Position numbers and translations under genes: made by a program. Below are positions 22,758-36,316 of a DNA stretch of 64,000 bases, piece after piece. Positions within the stretch are counted from its first letter, which is position 1. Every line of letters begins with the position of its first letter. The stretch is taken from assembly GCA_010015585.1 (NCBI GenBank), contig ML975165.1, one strand, 5' to 3'. This DNA is from Eremomyces bilateralis CBS 781.70 (lineage: Eukaryota). The notes under the pieces were generated by a model. It searched no databases. It saw only the letters and a program-made list of their open reading frames with translations, and was not told the origin of the DNA.

Positions 22758-23546
22758 TCAAATTCTGAGTAATAGATTCCTTCGTCCGTTCGCTGGGATA
22801 TGCGTCGTTTTGAGGTCTTCTTGAGACATTATCTGAGATTCGGAATCAAATGCATCTATCCCCAAATCCTCTGCGAGATTAAAGGGCAGTGCTTCGGGAG
22901 GGTAGTACCTTATACCACCCAGTGTCTGTACCCAGATTGGGTGTCTGTGCTTGACATCTAGCAGAGGCCGCACGCAAGTGTTGCCGTTCAAGACTGCACC
23001 TGCTCATGGATCAGATATGTTCACAATTCTCTTATAGTCATCCCTGACAACATACTTCAGCGGTTGCGGCATAATCTGATCGAATATTTCGTGTCCCTTG
23101 TCCCCGCTTTCCCGAGATTATTCTGCAATCGGGATGTTCGGGAGGAGGTCAAGGTCTTAGTAGAGGTTGACACAGCCTACCATAGCGCAAGCTTGTCCGA
23201 CCTGGTATTTCATAGCCGGGTACTTCAGCGCCCGTTCGCGGTATGTCTTCTGCTCTGCCACCTCCGGATGCCATATACAATATGATTGCTCGTCAGGGTT
23301 CTCCATGGTCAGAATCATGCTGCTCATAATTTTGCGGGCGTTGAGAGCACGTGTAAATTCAGGCGTGGCGCCTCGTAGCTAGGATGCGAAGTTTGCATGA
23401 TATCGGATACCTCAAATGATACAGAATCTGACCCAGTCCGTGTCTGAAGTATGGGGAACCGATCTGCCAGCTATTGCAATTGAACACATTTCTTCACTCA
23501 ATCCATGGGGCAACAAACGCTCTTCCATTGATATTGTAGTTGACAT
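22758..23546 (-). pseudogene. Pseudogene of an uncharacterised filamentous-fungal protein family; more degraded remains may extend to ~22250
   Basis: One frame reads FCII*GIRYHANFAS*LRGATPEFTRALNARKIMS...YCIWHPEVAEQKTYRERALKYPAMKYQVGQACAMVG..LY*DLDLLPNIPIAE*SRE...KYVVRDDYKR..P*AGAVLNGNTCVR..FNLAEDLGID. Five internal stops at 23412, 23379, 23157, 23118 and 23004. Confidence 0.8.
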
Positions 23547-24221
23547 TTGCAGATGCGCTGTGTCTTGGAAAAAGGTAGCGAGATGAAGAAAATGACTCGA
23601 AGATGGTCTTCCAACAGATATATAGGCGGGATCCAGGTGACCGGAGCATGCAAGACTTGAAAGTACGGTACAGCAATAGCAGGCAGTTCGTAGCGCCAAT
23701 AGATGAGTCAAGAAAAACCCAATTACCTACCTACCGTTACTTGGGCAAAGTATCTCAAATCCCATTTGGGATTGATTCATGGGACTTGAGACAGGTGATG
23801 ATGGAATAATGGATGTGGCAGACGATTAATATCGAACTGCCAAGGAGCGTGAAGCTGGAGTTGGACATCGGATTCTGCATGTTGATGGTGCTGTTAATAT
23901 TCTGTTGCGGACTGGATGGACTGGATTTCTGGTACCCATGTAGCCTTATGACCTGACGGGCCCAACTGGCAGGGCATCAAGACTTCAAGAGTCAAGACAT
24001 CAAGGCAGAACCGCGTGACGGTGCGGCCCGTTAAGAAGCGTCCCGTCAATCATCAATCTCGCTCTAAGTGAAACCAAGAGAAATCCATTTCTCCCAAGTC
24101 CCAAGTCCCAACACCACGGTATTACTCCCAATCATTCCACCGAAACAAGTGGACCAGAACCGCCCGCGCACGAGAATATGCGACCATAACAAAAAATCTC
24201 GTCGCCTCAATCTCCACTCAA

Positions 24222-24407
24222 CTATTTACGCCTGTCCACGTTTTTCCGCAAAGTGGATCTCCCAACGTCAGGAAGTGAGGCAGAAATTTGCATACTGATA
24301 CGAGGGATGGTGTTGAGGGCGAGTGGAAATGGATCTCGCGATGCTTGGCGGGGGGGGACAGGGGGCGAGGGAGATTTGGGAAGGGGAACGGCGGTTGAGA
24401 AAGGCAT
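24222..24407 (-). CDS. Candidate small protein (61 aa), unknown function
   Basis: TATAAAG ~45 nt upstream on the minus strand (24447-24453), then a CAA/CAC-rich leader ending at ATG. No family recognised. Confidence 0.3.
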   Translation of the reverse strand: MPFSTAVPLPKSPSPPVPPRQASRDPFPLALNTIPRISMQISASLPDVGRSTLRKNVDRRK

Positions 24408-25079
24408 CTGGATTTGGATGTGAGGTGGTTGTTGAAGTGTTCTAAACTTTATATGGCTTCGAGTTCGACAAACGCCCTTCGCAGAGTAACCGACTCACTC
24501 GTCGAAGTCGTCGTCAATTGTAGACGGGTTGTTAGTAATACTCCATTAATAATGTCCATCACAGCGATGTCGCAATGGCATTATTAAGACACCGTTTCAC
24601 GCTTGTAGCCAACACGCGGGCTCGTATATCCAAGCTACACGCGGTCCATCGTAGCGCAAATGTCCACATCCCCTGAGACCGATTCCTGACAAAGCGGCGT
24701 CACTCCAAGATTTCACTGGTCCATCTGCAACATGACACCCTCCCTGTCACCCATCCACCAATCACCTCTCATTATCTCACCCTGCTTACATGAACAACCA
24801 CGCCCTTCGCACTCAATCAAAGACAACCCCCCTGTCCCCACCAGGCACCACCTCCTAACATCGTGAATTCGCCGCTGACCAATGCGTTTTTCACCACCGT
24901 ATTCAGCATTTCCAGCCGTTTCGCAGTGCCTGATGCGCCATGGATGCGCAGGGTCCAGCTTAATGATTTATGCCGAAACGAGATATTTGGAGTCACGGTC
25001 CAGCAACGCATGGACGTGGTGTCATATGTGCTGCTCTGAAGAGCGTGAATATTTCATGATGGATGGACGTCCGGAAAAG

Positions 25080-25086
25080 TATAAAG
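25080..25086 (+). promoter_or_regulatory. TATA box of the 89-aa gene
   Basis: TATAAAG followed by an ATCAAAG-repeat / CAA-rich leader leading to the ATG at 25326. Confidence 0.55.
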
Positions 25087-25146
25087 AGGGCTGAAGAAGT
25101 CGGCGAAAGGTAGGAGAATATTTCAGCGCATCAGTTCATCAGAGCA

Positions 25147-25240
25147 CCAAAGCATCAAAGCATCAAAGCATCGCATCAGTCAATCAATCCTCAAAGCGTA
25201 TCAAAGTCTATCAAAGTCTATCCAGTCTTATATCAAGCTT
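25147..25240 (+). repeat. Imperfect short repeats (CAAAGCAT x3, TATCAAAGTC x2) in a predicted 5' leader
   Basis: caaagcatcaaagcatcaaagcatc ... tatcaaagtctatcaaagtctatc. Confidence 0.7.
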
Positions 25241-25325
25241 TCATCAACTACCACAACACAACCACCCCCACCAACCATTACCACCTCACCACCATCTAAA
25301 CCCAAACCAACCAACCAGACTCGCA

Positions 25326-25595
25326 ATGGAATCAGTCACCCTCCAATACCTCTCCCGCCCCGACGCCATGGACCACAAAACGGCCACCTTCCCTTCCACC
25401 TCCCAACCCTCCTCCGGCACCTCCACTCCCACCCTCGCCGGTTCCACCAAGTCAACCTCCTCCCTCAAATCCACGCTGAGGTACGTGGCCCGCAAAGCCC
25501 GCGAGCATCATCACAGCGTCAATGAGGCGTATATGACCTACTACGGCGCCAGGACGTATAGCCTGGACGAGAGTCGGCAGGGGAGCGTTGCGTAG
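25326..25595 (+). CDS. Small fungal hypothetical protein (89 aa)
   Basis: Good start context (GCAATGG), TATA and leader upstream, C/G-ending codon bias. The motif AREHHHSVNEAYMTYYG resembles small conserved Pezizomycotina proteins (from memory, unverified). Confidence 0.7.
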   Translation: MESVTLQYLSRPDAMDHKTATFPSTSQPSSGTSTPTLAGSTKSTSSLKSTLRYVARKAREHHHSVNEAYMTYYGARTYSLDESRQGSVA

Positions 25596-26393
25596 AAGGG
25601 GACGTTTACGCCGCAGACTTAGGGATGAGATGATAGGGGGATGAGAGGGGATGATACCATTGAGCGTTAGATCTTCATGGGAAGGGGTTCGGAGTTTGCT
25701 TTTGGGATCTTTGCGACGAGTTTTTTGGGACGGCGGGTTCGGTTGGATATAGATTGGATGAGATATGAGGATCGGGGTTCAGTGCGAATGGATGAATACC
25801 TGGCCTACTTAATAATACAAATTTCTTCAAACAATTGAGCGCTGGCTTGGTGAGACGTTGAAATGAAATGCTTTAAGGCCCAAACCACGTGACGACCGAA
25901 CTTTCCTCAAGACTGGTACCTCACCGCTTATGTAATTCGTCGATATGCTAGAACTGGAAGCTTTTCAGGACTCATCGTCTTCATCACCATCATCATCAAA
26001 CGTCCCACTCCATCCAGCACGCAATATCGCCATTACCATCGCTTTCAGTACACCATCACCGCTGTGTTCAGTGTCCCAGAAACATCCGGTCCATCCAATT
26101 CTTCTTCTACTGCAATCTTCCAGACCTACCCAACATTCTGTGATGGCCTCGCATATCCTCACCAATTGAGCCCCAAACTGGTCCAACAACCAGGTTGCCA
26201 GACTCCCACTCCCACACACAATCATTTGCCAGTCATCTCCAACCTTGACTGATACACAATCCGAGCAAACTCCTATAACAACATCCCCCCAACTCCCAAG
26301 CTTTGTTCGCTGATGATCATCAATTTGCCCACGATCCATAAAGGACTTGTTTGCCTGAGAAATTAGACCCGATACGGCATACCCTTCGCATAC

Positions 26394-28962
26394 ATGACAT
26401 TCAGCCCTCCCACCAACGCGCCTGAGTTCCGCAGCAAAACCTTGTCACCCGTCTCTCCGAAGCCACTCCACTATCCATCCCCGTCGAATATCCCAATTCT
26501 TGAGATGCAGATGGACCCCGCGTACCAAGCGGAACTCCCCCACGACGCCCCTCAGGCTGCCGGCAACCAGCCCAACATCATTCAAGATGCACCACAACCC
26601 GGCCGGCCAGAAGGGGTAGAAACCATCCACATGTCGCAAGTCCAAGGCCACGCAAATCCGGCGATGGATGGAACAGGGCTGGCTGTGGACAATATCTCGA
26701 ACGCTTTTGCCGGCAATGGCGGTGATGGAGTTAATTCTCAGAGCAACTCATTAATCGATCAACTCGCCCAACAACCGACCACATCAAATGTCGATGCGAC
26801 CAGTGAAGCCGTCAACCCGGATACCACCACCTCCACAACCCAATTTCCTACTCCTGAGACGGGCGACTCTCAGCCACCTCAGCCGACCCAGACGGGTGAA
26901 TCCCAAGAACAACCCAACAAAGCTACGAGTCTCCCAACCACTGTAGAGAGTGGCGGCGTAGACTTTCAAGCACTGCTTGACAACCTTACCACACCTTTAC
27001 CATCGCAACCCGAAGACCCCAATGTTTCCGCAACATCTATCAGCGGTGAAAACCCCTCCAATGGATCACAGTCTTCATCGTCCGCTACCATCTATTCCAC
27101 CCTCCCTCCACGACCACCTCCACAAGATAAGCCTACCACACACCCGAACTACGACCCGGGAGATGATATACGTAGTTACCATCCCCACAACCAGTTGCCT
27201 GGCTCCAACCCGTACCGAACGCAGTCCGGCGTCCCGCCCATCATGACCGGTAGCACTCCCGCTGTGCAGCCTCCGGCGCAGTTGCCCGCGCAAATGCCAC
27301 AGCCAAGCCCAATCACACCCGGGGTCCAGCCGCCGGTCGAGGGACCGGGTTCTGGTGACGATGAGATCCCGTGGACCCCGGAAATGCAAACCGACTATGA
27401 TCAATTCTTACAGGAGGAGCGAGCATATGTGAGCGAGGGACAGTGGGACAAGTTTCCGGCGGGATCAAGGTTGTTTATTGGTCAGTAAATTATTGACTCC
27501 ACTATCTTCGGTGACTGAAGTCCTAACACGTGCCACAGGCAACCTGCCAACAGAGAAAGTGAACAAAAAAGACATCTTTGCGAAGTTCTCCAGACATGGT
27601 AAACTCGCGCAAGTTTCCATCAAGCAGGCATACGGATTCGTCCAATTCCTTGACTCGGAATCCTGCTGGCGATCACTGCAGGCAGAGCAAGGCATGCTTC
27701 TCCGCGGTCGGAAGATGCGTAAGTCACTTCTGCAAATCGACGAAGAAATTTGCCGCGACTAACACATCGCAGACTTGGAGATCTCCAAGCCGCAGAAGAA
27801 CACGAAAAAGGCCGAGAAACGTCGCTCCCGCTCCCCTGACCATGGCCGCGGTGGGCGAGGCAGAAACGTGGATCGATATGTGGGTGATATGAATGGGGGA
27901 GGTGGTCGTCGTGGCCGGGATGATTATCGACCGGGACGCTCGCCTTCGCCGCGTGGATATGGCCGTGAGCGCGACCGTTATGAGCGCTATCGACGAAGCC
28001 GATCGCGATCCCCGTACGGGGGTCGTGGTGATCGCGGTGATTACTATGGCCATCCATCCAGCCGGGATGATGACGATCTGCCTCCGAGGAGGAATCCTAG
28101 GGACGTTCCGGATGTCCAGATTCTCGTGCTGGATAATCTCGATCGGTAAGTTGGAGAATCCAAATGCATGGGTGGTAGCTGACACGGTGGGCAGTGGCTT
28201 CATCCAATATGTTGAGAAAGGCTTCATCGGGGCGGGGATTCGTGTCGACACGTTGATCATGAGCCCTCGACTCTCGGAAAGCGCGGTGGTGCAACGCCAG
28301 ATTGTCGAAGGGGTATATGCTGTTTGCAAGTTGACGCGTGGGTCACAAGCGTCGGGAAAGATCAACCTACAGGTCTTCGACCGCAGCCAGGGTCTTGATA
28401 ATGTTCGCTTTGATGGTGCGTTATGGGGCCCGTTCTTATCAAGCGCAGCACTGACATCTTTGTCTTAGAATACGCGAACCTAGAACCGACCATCGGAGCC
28501 GCCCTTGTCACTCGCGCAAAGCAAGCCACCCCCCAGCCCGGCTACGGCTCCCAATATCCACCCTACGGCGCCCCCTCTGCCCCCTACGGCATGCCCCCTC
28601 CATCCGCCTCCATCCCCCCCCTCCCCAACTCCGTCCCCCCCACCCCCTCCAACGTCGCCTCCCTCATCGGCAACCTCCACGGCCCCGATCTCCAACGCTT
28701 CCTCAGCTCCTACCAACAACAGCAACCAGGCCACGCGCAATCGGACGCCACCTCCCTGACCCCGGACCTCGCCCGCATCCTCTCGACCGCCTCCACCCAA
28801 CCCCCCGCGCAACCCGGCGCATATCCACCGCGCGGGACCGGTCAGTATCCGCCGTACAATCCGACAGGCGCGCCGCCGCAAGGAGCGCCTGGGCCGGCGC
28901 CGGGCGGGCAGCAGCCGAATGTGGATGAGTTGATGGCGCAGTTGGCGCAGTATCGTCGGTGA
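26394..28962 (+). CDS. NAB3: Nab3-like RRM RNA-binding protein with RS/RG-rich region and P/Q-rich tail; multi-exon
   Basis: FLQEERAYVSEGQWDKFPAGSRLFIG|NLPTEKVNKKDIFAKFSRHGKLAQVSIKQAYGFVQF (RNP2/RNP1), LEISKPQK, RSRSRSP, VPDVQILV. Confidence 0.82.
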
Positions 28963-29969
28963 AAGGAGCGCGTGTGACGGATGACGTGCGCTATCGCATT
29001 GCCCAAAGCGGACGATTTATGCGCGCTCTGGCGTTCCAAATGAACCGACAATGCCAGACGAGCGTCCGGCTCCTGGACGCACGCGTGAATTGTCATTTGG
29101 ATGAGGGTGCTACGAAAAGAAGAAGGATACCCAGTCCTTCAAGGGACCGAGAGATCACGAATATGGGCAGGTGGGATCTCGCAGGTTACGGACGGCATGG
29201 GACTCGGTCAACGCTTTGTATAATTTGTGGCATTGATCATCGGGGTTACTGACATGCTTTGTTTGATTGAAAGGAAGTGGCTAGGGGCATACAGACTTAC
29301 ATAGCCATTTTCGAGTTCGGAAACGGATTGTATGTATGTAGTTCGGAAGTAGCAAGATGGGATTATCGAAGACGTTCATGTTATTACTATGGATGTTATT
29401 CGTGTGGACGTTGACATAAGGTGTAGTCAGGTGACTCGTATCATTTGACGCGTGGCTTCACCCCTGTCCGCCAAGCCACCGCGCCTGCCAAGTGAACCGA
29501 AGTGCCAACTCAGGCTGGTCTTGGCAGCACCGCCACAAATCATCATTTCCACTTCTTCTCCTGCGTCTCTGATGCTGAGGATGTGAGAGTTGGCTGTGGC
29601 TGCGTCCGTTCAATTCAATCATCAATCACTTCTCTCCTGCGTCACGAATCTCATCGTCGTATTATCCCACCGCTCTACTCTCCATAACTATTCCCCTGCT
29701 GAGCTTTCGTATTCGTCGAAAGTCTCGTAACACATTGTTCCTCCTATTCACCCGCTAGCTCCATCGACTTCCGTCTTATCACCCCATCCCCGAACCTCCG
29801 ATCAACAGCATGTCCACAACGGCGGTTTGAGAACACACAATACTCCCCCTTACAGTAATATCTGCGGAATTCGCGTGCGAGCAGCTGGTCGACATATCTT
29901 TCAATGATGGATATTGTCCAGGGCCGAGCTTAGCACCGTGTCGTTCCGGTTTCAGCTGAGATCCGGTTG

Positions 29970-32900
29970 ATGGCTTCGGTTGCCGCGATGCCGTCGTTGG
30001 CAGGTTTGGCACAGCCCGTGGCCGATGCGTTCCACTACCGATCCAAGAAGCACTCCCATGAGGAGAGAGATGCCATGGAGAATGAGAAGAACGATACCAC
30101 CCAGACGAATGGGGATCTGGCCAAGTCGAACGGCCTCCCGAATGGCCGAGCGACGTCCTCAAAAGAGATAGAACGTCCGAATGGCGCCGCATCGGAATCG
30201 ACCTCATCCGGGATTAATGGGATCAGACGAGACAGCAAAGATGGACCAGAGAACACTCGGCTGCCATCAATTGAGGAAGCGGAGCGGCAGCAGCCGGTCA
30301 CTCAGCCACGCGCGCCGCTCGGGAGTCTCCGTGATGATGGATCTTTTGCAGCGATCGAGAGTGCCAAATTCTTAGGCCCGCAGCGATTCGGAACCACCAG
30401 CGTGCAGCTCGAGGCCTCACCAAGTATCGCACCAACTGATAAATCGAGGGAGCATAAATCGAGGGAGCCGGCTCCGGCTCCAAATCCCGTCGACCACTCC
30501 CCCCAGTCCGCACGGAACTCGTCCATCGCTCACACAGAGCGGCTCTCCGAAGATTCCGCGCTAAAATATTCTTCACCCTATCGAATGTCGACGCCGCCGT
30601 CCTACCCAAACCCTCCGTCCTCCTCCAGCCAATCATCCCAACCGTTCCCCGGCCGACTACAACATCGTCATACGTTAGAAGTCCCACGCGTCACCACCGC
30701 CTCCCGCCCCTCTCGCGAGCTTCCTCGTGGCAGCACTCCAGATGATGTCATTTCTGCCGCCGGACGCTTCTCTCCCAGCACACCCACCCGCCCCCGTCGG
30801 TCATCGATGACGCTGGTTCGACGAGCAACCCGCTCGATCCAGTCCGACATTCATGACGAGGGGCCGCAGGATGAGGAAGCGGCTCGGTGGGCGGAGCATG
30901 TGAAGCAACGAAGGGTGAGCAAACGGAAGCGGAAAGATGATGAGGATGAGGACCGAGTCGTGGTCGGGACGAAGGTGGATCAAACCCATGTCAACTGGGT
31001 GACGGCGTATAACATGCTCACGGGCATTCGCTTTACGGTGTCGAGAACCAATGCGAAGGTCAATCGAGATCTGACCGATGCGGACTTCGATGCACGGCAT
31101 AAGTTTTCCTTTGACATGTGAGTCTAACCAAAGTTCTTTCATGGATACCATTGACAATCCTAGCACCGGGAACGAGTTGACGCCATCCGCGAAATATGAC
31201 TTCAAATTTAAAGACTATGCTCCCTGGGTGTTCCGTCACCTCCGCTCCAACTTCCGTCTCGATCCCGCCGACTACCTGGTGTCTCTCACCAGCAAATACA
31301 TCCTTTCCGAACTCGGCTCCCCCGGCAAGAGCGGGAGCTTCTTCTACTTCTCCCGAGACTATAAATACATCATCAAAACCATCCACCATGCCGAACACAA
31401 GTTTCTCCGGAAGATCCTGCGGGATTACTACAGACACGTCCAAGACAATCCGAACACCCTGCTTTCGCAGTTTTACGGCCTGCATCGGGTGAAGATCCCT
31501 TACGGTCGAAAGATTCATTTCGTCGTCATGAATAACCTCTTCCCGCCACACCGCGACATTCACCAGACCTTTGACCTGAAAGGCTCAACAATCGGTCGGG
31601 AGTATAGGGAAGAGGACCTGGAGAAGAATCCGCGTGCCACATTGAAAGACATCAACTGGCTCCGACGAAACCGTCATCTCCAACTCGGCCCGACCAAAAA
31701 GCAGCGGTTCATCCAGCAAATGGAGCGCGATGTGAAACTGCTCCAGCGGTTGAAAATCATGGATTACTCGCTCTTGATCGGTATCCACGACCTCAGCCGC
31801 GGCAACGAGGAGCAGCTGCGCGAGAAGAATCTGAGCGTGTTCCAGCCGGGCGGGGAAGCGGACGACCCGGGATCCCGCTCACTGATGCGGACGCCGTCGG
31901 TGGTGGAGAACGCGCGGAAGGCGAGGGAGCTGCGGCAGATGATCAAGAGTCAGAAGCCCATTCCGATCGGCGAGGCGGTGTATAAGATGCCCGAGGAGAT
32001 GGAGGAGAATGACCGGAGCATGTTCTATTTCTACGGGGACGACGGCGGGTTCCGGGCGACGCATGAGGACAATCGGCCAGGGGAGGAGATTTATTATTTG
32101 GGGATTATCGATTGTCTGACGCACGTGAGTACCGACATCGGGTTTCGAAGTTCCATTAAATCTGCCGACGCTGACATTCACCGTAGTACGGCTTCATCAA
32201 GCGCTTCGAACACTTCCTCAAAGGGCTCACCAACACCGAGCCCGAAATCTCCGCCATCCCACCCGATCGCTACGGTGACCGTTTCGTCCGCTTCATGTCC
32301 GGCATCAGCAAATCCCGCGAAGTCGTCGACAACGAACGCCGCGCCTCCCAAACCGCCGAACAGTCCCAACCCACCTCCACCCCCGCCGCCTCCCAGCCAC
32401 CGCAGCAATCTTCCCCCGGGATCCTCTCCCCCTCCGTCGCACACGAACACCCCAAAACTGAACGCCTCCTCGAAAAAGCCAGCCGACTCGTCAAGTCTTC
32501 TCTACCCTCTAACCCCGACGTCGCCCCCGACCGCACCCTCACCACCCGTCCCCCCGACCCCCGCGCGGCCGATCGCGGCGAGTCGGGCGCGTACACGCTC
32601 CCGGTCGTAGAGGAGGCGGCGGAGGATCGGAGCGTTGGGGGAAAGAGTAACGGGAGTGGGGAACCGGCGGGGGATAAGCAGAAGCAAGACGGGGACGGGA
32701 AGACGAAGGAGGGTGGCAAGGAGAAGGAAATGGATAGGGCGCCGGAAAGACCGCCGCCCACGCCCCCGAAGGACGACGCGGTGCCGGCGCCGATCACAGG
32801 TGGGACGCGGGGCGCGGAGGAGGGGAACGGGACGGGGATGCAGGCGTCGTGGGCGGATACGGGTACGACGGCATGGGATGGGGTGGATGGGTCGTGGTCG

Positions 32901-33071
32901 GTGGAGAAGTTCGATCGCTGCTTAGAGAGTGCCGATGGGAATGCCGGCGCTACCGTCCAAGCGAATGCGAGTGGGAACGGGAACGGGAAGGCGGTGGAGA
33001 TGCCGTTGCGGACGAAGGGGAGCTTCGATAAGGATAAGGCGCTGCCTGCGTTGCCTGCGCAGGAGCGATGA
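29970..33071 (+). CDS. MSS4: Phosphatidylinositol-4-phosphate 5-kinase; introns 31118-31163 and ~32125-32186; start ATG at 29970 or 29988
   Basis: [78 protein letters not shown]. Confidence 0.95.
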
Positions 33072-33869
33072 GATGGTGGACATACCGAAGAGATCTTGTC
33101 CATCGATCTCCATCCGATTCGATAGCGAGAAAGCAGAACTAAAGGCGGATGACCGAGCCCACCCCAGGTTCGTTGGCGGATGAGAGCAGGACAAAAGGGC
33201 GTTCGAAACAGCAGGAAGTTATTTGCATTCTCAGTATACCAGGACTTTCGAACGGGCGACGGGGTCGTGCGGGCGAGCGGGATCCGTGGCTAGTCAGGCG
33301 CGCGGCCGGGGTCTCCTTTGTATTGTTTGTATGAATATCGTACGTGCGGCGGTGCTGCGGTGCTGCTGGGTGGGCATTGATGGTGGGCATAGGGCAGTCA
33401 GCGTAGGGCTGGGTGGGCAATGGGCAGGGCATTCTGGCGGTAGCGAGTACGACGGCAATAGATCATTTATGTGGAATGCGGTAGGGAGGCGGAATCTAAT
33501 TCTTAACGTATATTTGCTTGTTTGTGCGATGAAACGGTTTCAGTGATGATCAGTGATGATGTGGTGAACGGTTCGGTTGGTCTGATAAAGGGTTTCGTAC
33601 TGCGTAGATTCCATGGCATTTCCACTGGCGCGGCGGACGATGGGCCTGGGATGTCTGATCGGCGTTGAGGGAATAATTATCCTGTGTCTATGTCCGCAAA
33701 TACGGGGTAGTCTGGATGGCTAATGCATGGGACTCCAATCCCAGTGCGATGCAAGGCAACCAGATTCCCATCTTTCGTCCGGTTTCATCCTGTCACATTG
33801 CCATCATCTCATCGCATCACCTCATCACCTCAAATTCCATCGTACGCTCATCCTCCCATCCTCATCCAC

Positions 33870-36316
33870 TCAAACCGCCCCGGAATACCCCAACCCATCC
33901 AATTCCCGCCGAATCCCCTCCTCCGTCGCAATCTTCTTCACCTGCGTATCCTCCAGCTTCTCCCCCCCTGCCTGCCGCATCTTCAGCTCGTCGATCGCCC
34001 GCACCTTCTTCAGCAAGCCCCGGATCTTCTTGTCCGCGGGACTCTGCCCCAGCACCCCTCCGCCGGGGCTCGTGATTTGCAGGTCCGGTGCTTCGACCGC
34101 CGATTGCTGCGGTGCCGTGCGCAGTGGCGCCGGCGCGGACGGCTTCCCGTTCGCAGCGTGATGGTGGGCATTGCCAGTGTGCTGGTGCGGATGCTCCCCA
34201 CCATGTTGCTGCCGATTCCGCGATCCACCACGATGATGCGTCCCATGCCCCTGGAACCCACCGCCCTGGCTACGCGTATGCTCATGCCCTTGCCTCCTCC
34301 CGCGCCGCTCCGGGCTACGGCTCACGCTGCGCGGACCGCGCGGGATGTCGCCCGACGGGTTCGCCTTCTCCGCCGCCTCCTTGGCTTTCTTAGCTTCGCG
34401 CTTCTTGCGGTTCTTCAGGGCCGCCTTAGAGAGGCCTTCGTCGGGGCCTTCGATAGCACCGGCGAGGCTGACGCCGCCGCCGGGTGCGGCTCCGGGAGGG
34501 AGGGCGTCGGTAGGATCGGCGCCCGGGACGAAGCGGGTGCGGGCGCGGCCGGCGCCGAAGCCGTTGGCGGCGGCGGAAGCGCCATTGGAGACGTAGGCGG
34601 CGCCGCCTTCATCTTCGCGCTTGAAGTGAAGGGGAGTGCTGGTGCCGCGGGCTCCGGGGGGACGGTAGGCGCCGGCAGGTTTGGTAGGTTGCTTTCGGGT
34701 GCTGAGGTAGGCGAGGGCAGAGGGGTGGGGGGTGGGGACGGGGTTCAGCGGGTCGCCCAGCGGATGTTTGTCGCTGGACTGCGGGCGCCAGCAGACGCTG
34801 TACAGCTCTTGCATGTCCTCGTTGTACATCAGGCCTCCTCCGACATGCCAGACTCGGACACCGTTGTCGACGCGCAGACGCGGGGAGGTGGTCGCCGTGA
34901 GGATGTGTTTGCCATCCGGGCTCCACTCGCAGAATGTGGCATTGCTCGCTTCGACGGTCGTGACCTTGGCGTAGTCCTTGGTCATGTCGTAAATGTCCAT
35001 CTGGCCCGCTAAGTTTCCAAAGCCGGCCACGAGGACGAATTTGCCGTGCGGCGAGAATAAGATCGTGTTTCTCGGGGAAAGGGGGAAGCTATGCTTCGCG
35101 ACGGCCCTGACATTGAAGATGGTGGTCTTTGCCGGCATATAGCCGTAGACGACACCGAACTCCTTGGAATTAGGTGACCAGGAAACATCGTGGATCGGAC
35201 CTTCTTTGTCTGCAGGTCATGTCAGCCCCGAAACAGAGGAAATGAAGGAATTTCCTTACCAAGCTGAACCCGCGCATCGAACCCTCCATTGGCACTCAAG
35301 ATATACATGTTGGTCTCGCCGTAGTAGCTCTTGTTGGTCTTGTCGACATCGGTTTGCGCCAGCACGATCACACTGGTACCGAGGTCGTTCCACTTCAACT
35401 GCACCTTGTCTGCTTTGAAGAAATTCTTCTGCGAGACGGGCTGGCCGAAGTTCGGGACATTAAACACCTTTACGGCGGCAGGTTGGCCCTGAGGTTGGTG
35501 TTAGAACAGTCAACAACGACGGTGACGGATGCTGAACAAACCTTCCTCTCCGGCACGAATACGGCCACCGAGCTCTGCTTCCCAGATGACAGTGCAAAGT
35601 CCGTGACGCCCTCCACGATGAGTTTGTTCCAAACGGTCCTCAAATCCACACTCTCGTAGAACTGCACCTCGTTGGTGACCACCCGCGCGCACAGCTTCTC
35701 GTCCGAGGCATACTGCAAGTTCCATCCGGTCTGCGAGCGCTGCACAAATTGTCCGACCACCTGTTTCTCGGAGCCGTCGACATCCTCGATGGTCTGCCAG
35801 ACCTTCAGGTTCTTGATGGCATTTCCGTCCTCATCCTTCGCTGGTCGCTGCCAGGTGATGATGTATGTTCCAAGAGGGGAGAATCCTATTTCGAAAACGT
35901 TCGCAATAGGGATTATGCCGGTGATATGTCCTACAGAAGCATCGATGACGGTGACTCTGAGATCTGTGAGTGACGTGTACGCCAGTAATTTGGTATGTCG
36001 AAGGACTTACTGCTCGGGGCTTGCCCATGCAAAAAACCGGCCGCATGTTGAGTAGCAGGAACACCGGAGGTTTCCCTCTGGCCTATATGAAATTGACGTC
36101 AGTATATTCCACGATATACGATCGTAGGGCGGGATAGATATTCGGGCAAGCATACCTTTGGAACGCGGGCAAAGGCTCATAGAGAGGAGAAGCGTTCACA
36201 ACGCCAATAGCCTTGGCCGTTCGATCTAACCGGATCATCAGCATCCACCAAATCTGTCGGACGCACACAGGGAATGTCGGGGGGGACTTACAAGCAAACT
36301 GGGTGGGTTCCGCCAT
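33870..36316 (-). CDS. Eukaryotic translation initiation factor 2A (beta-propeller); multi-exon
   Basis: FSPLGTYIITWQRP, KNFFKADKVQLKWN, TDVDKTNKSYYGET, EGPIHDVSWSP, VLVAGFGNLAG, TATTSPRLRVDNG, AYRPPGARG, KKIRGLLKKVRAIDELK..GEKLEDTQ. Confidence 0.93.

Noticed and set aside
33723..35012. 429-aa plus-strand ORF
   Set aside because: Antisense to eIF2A in very GC-rich sequence, with no recognisable domain.
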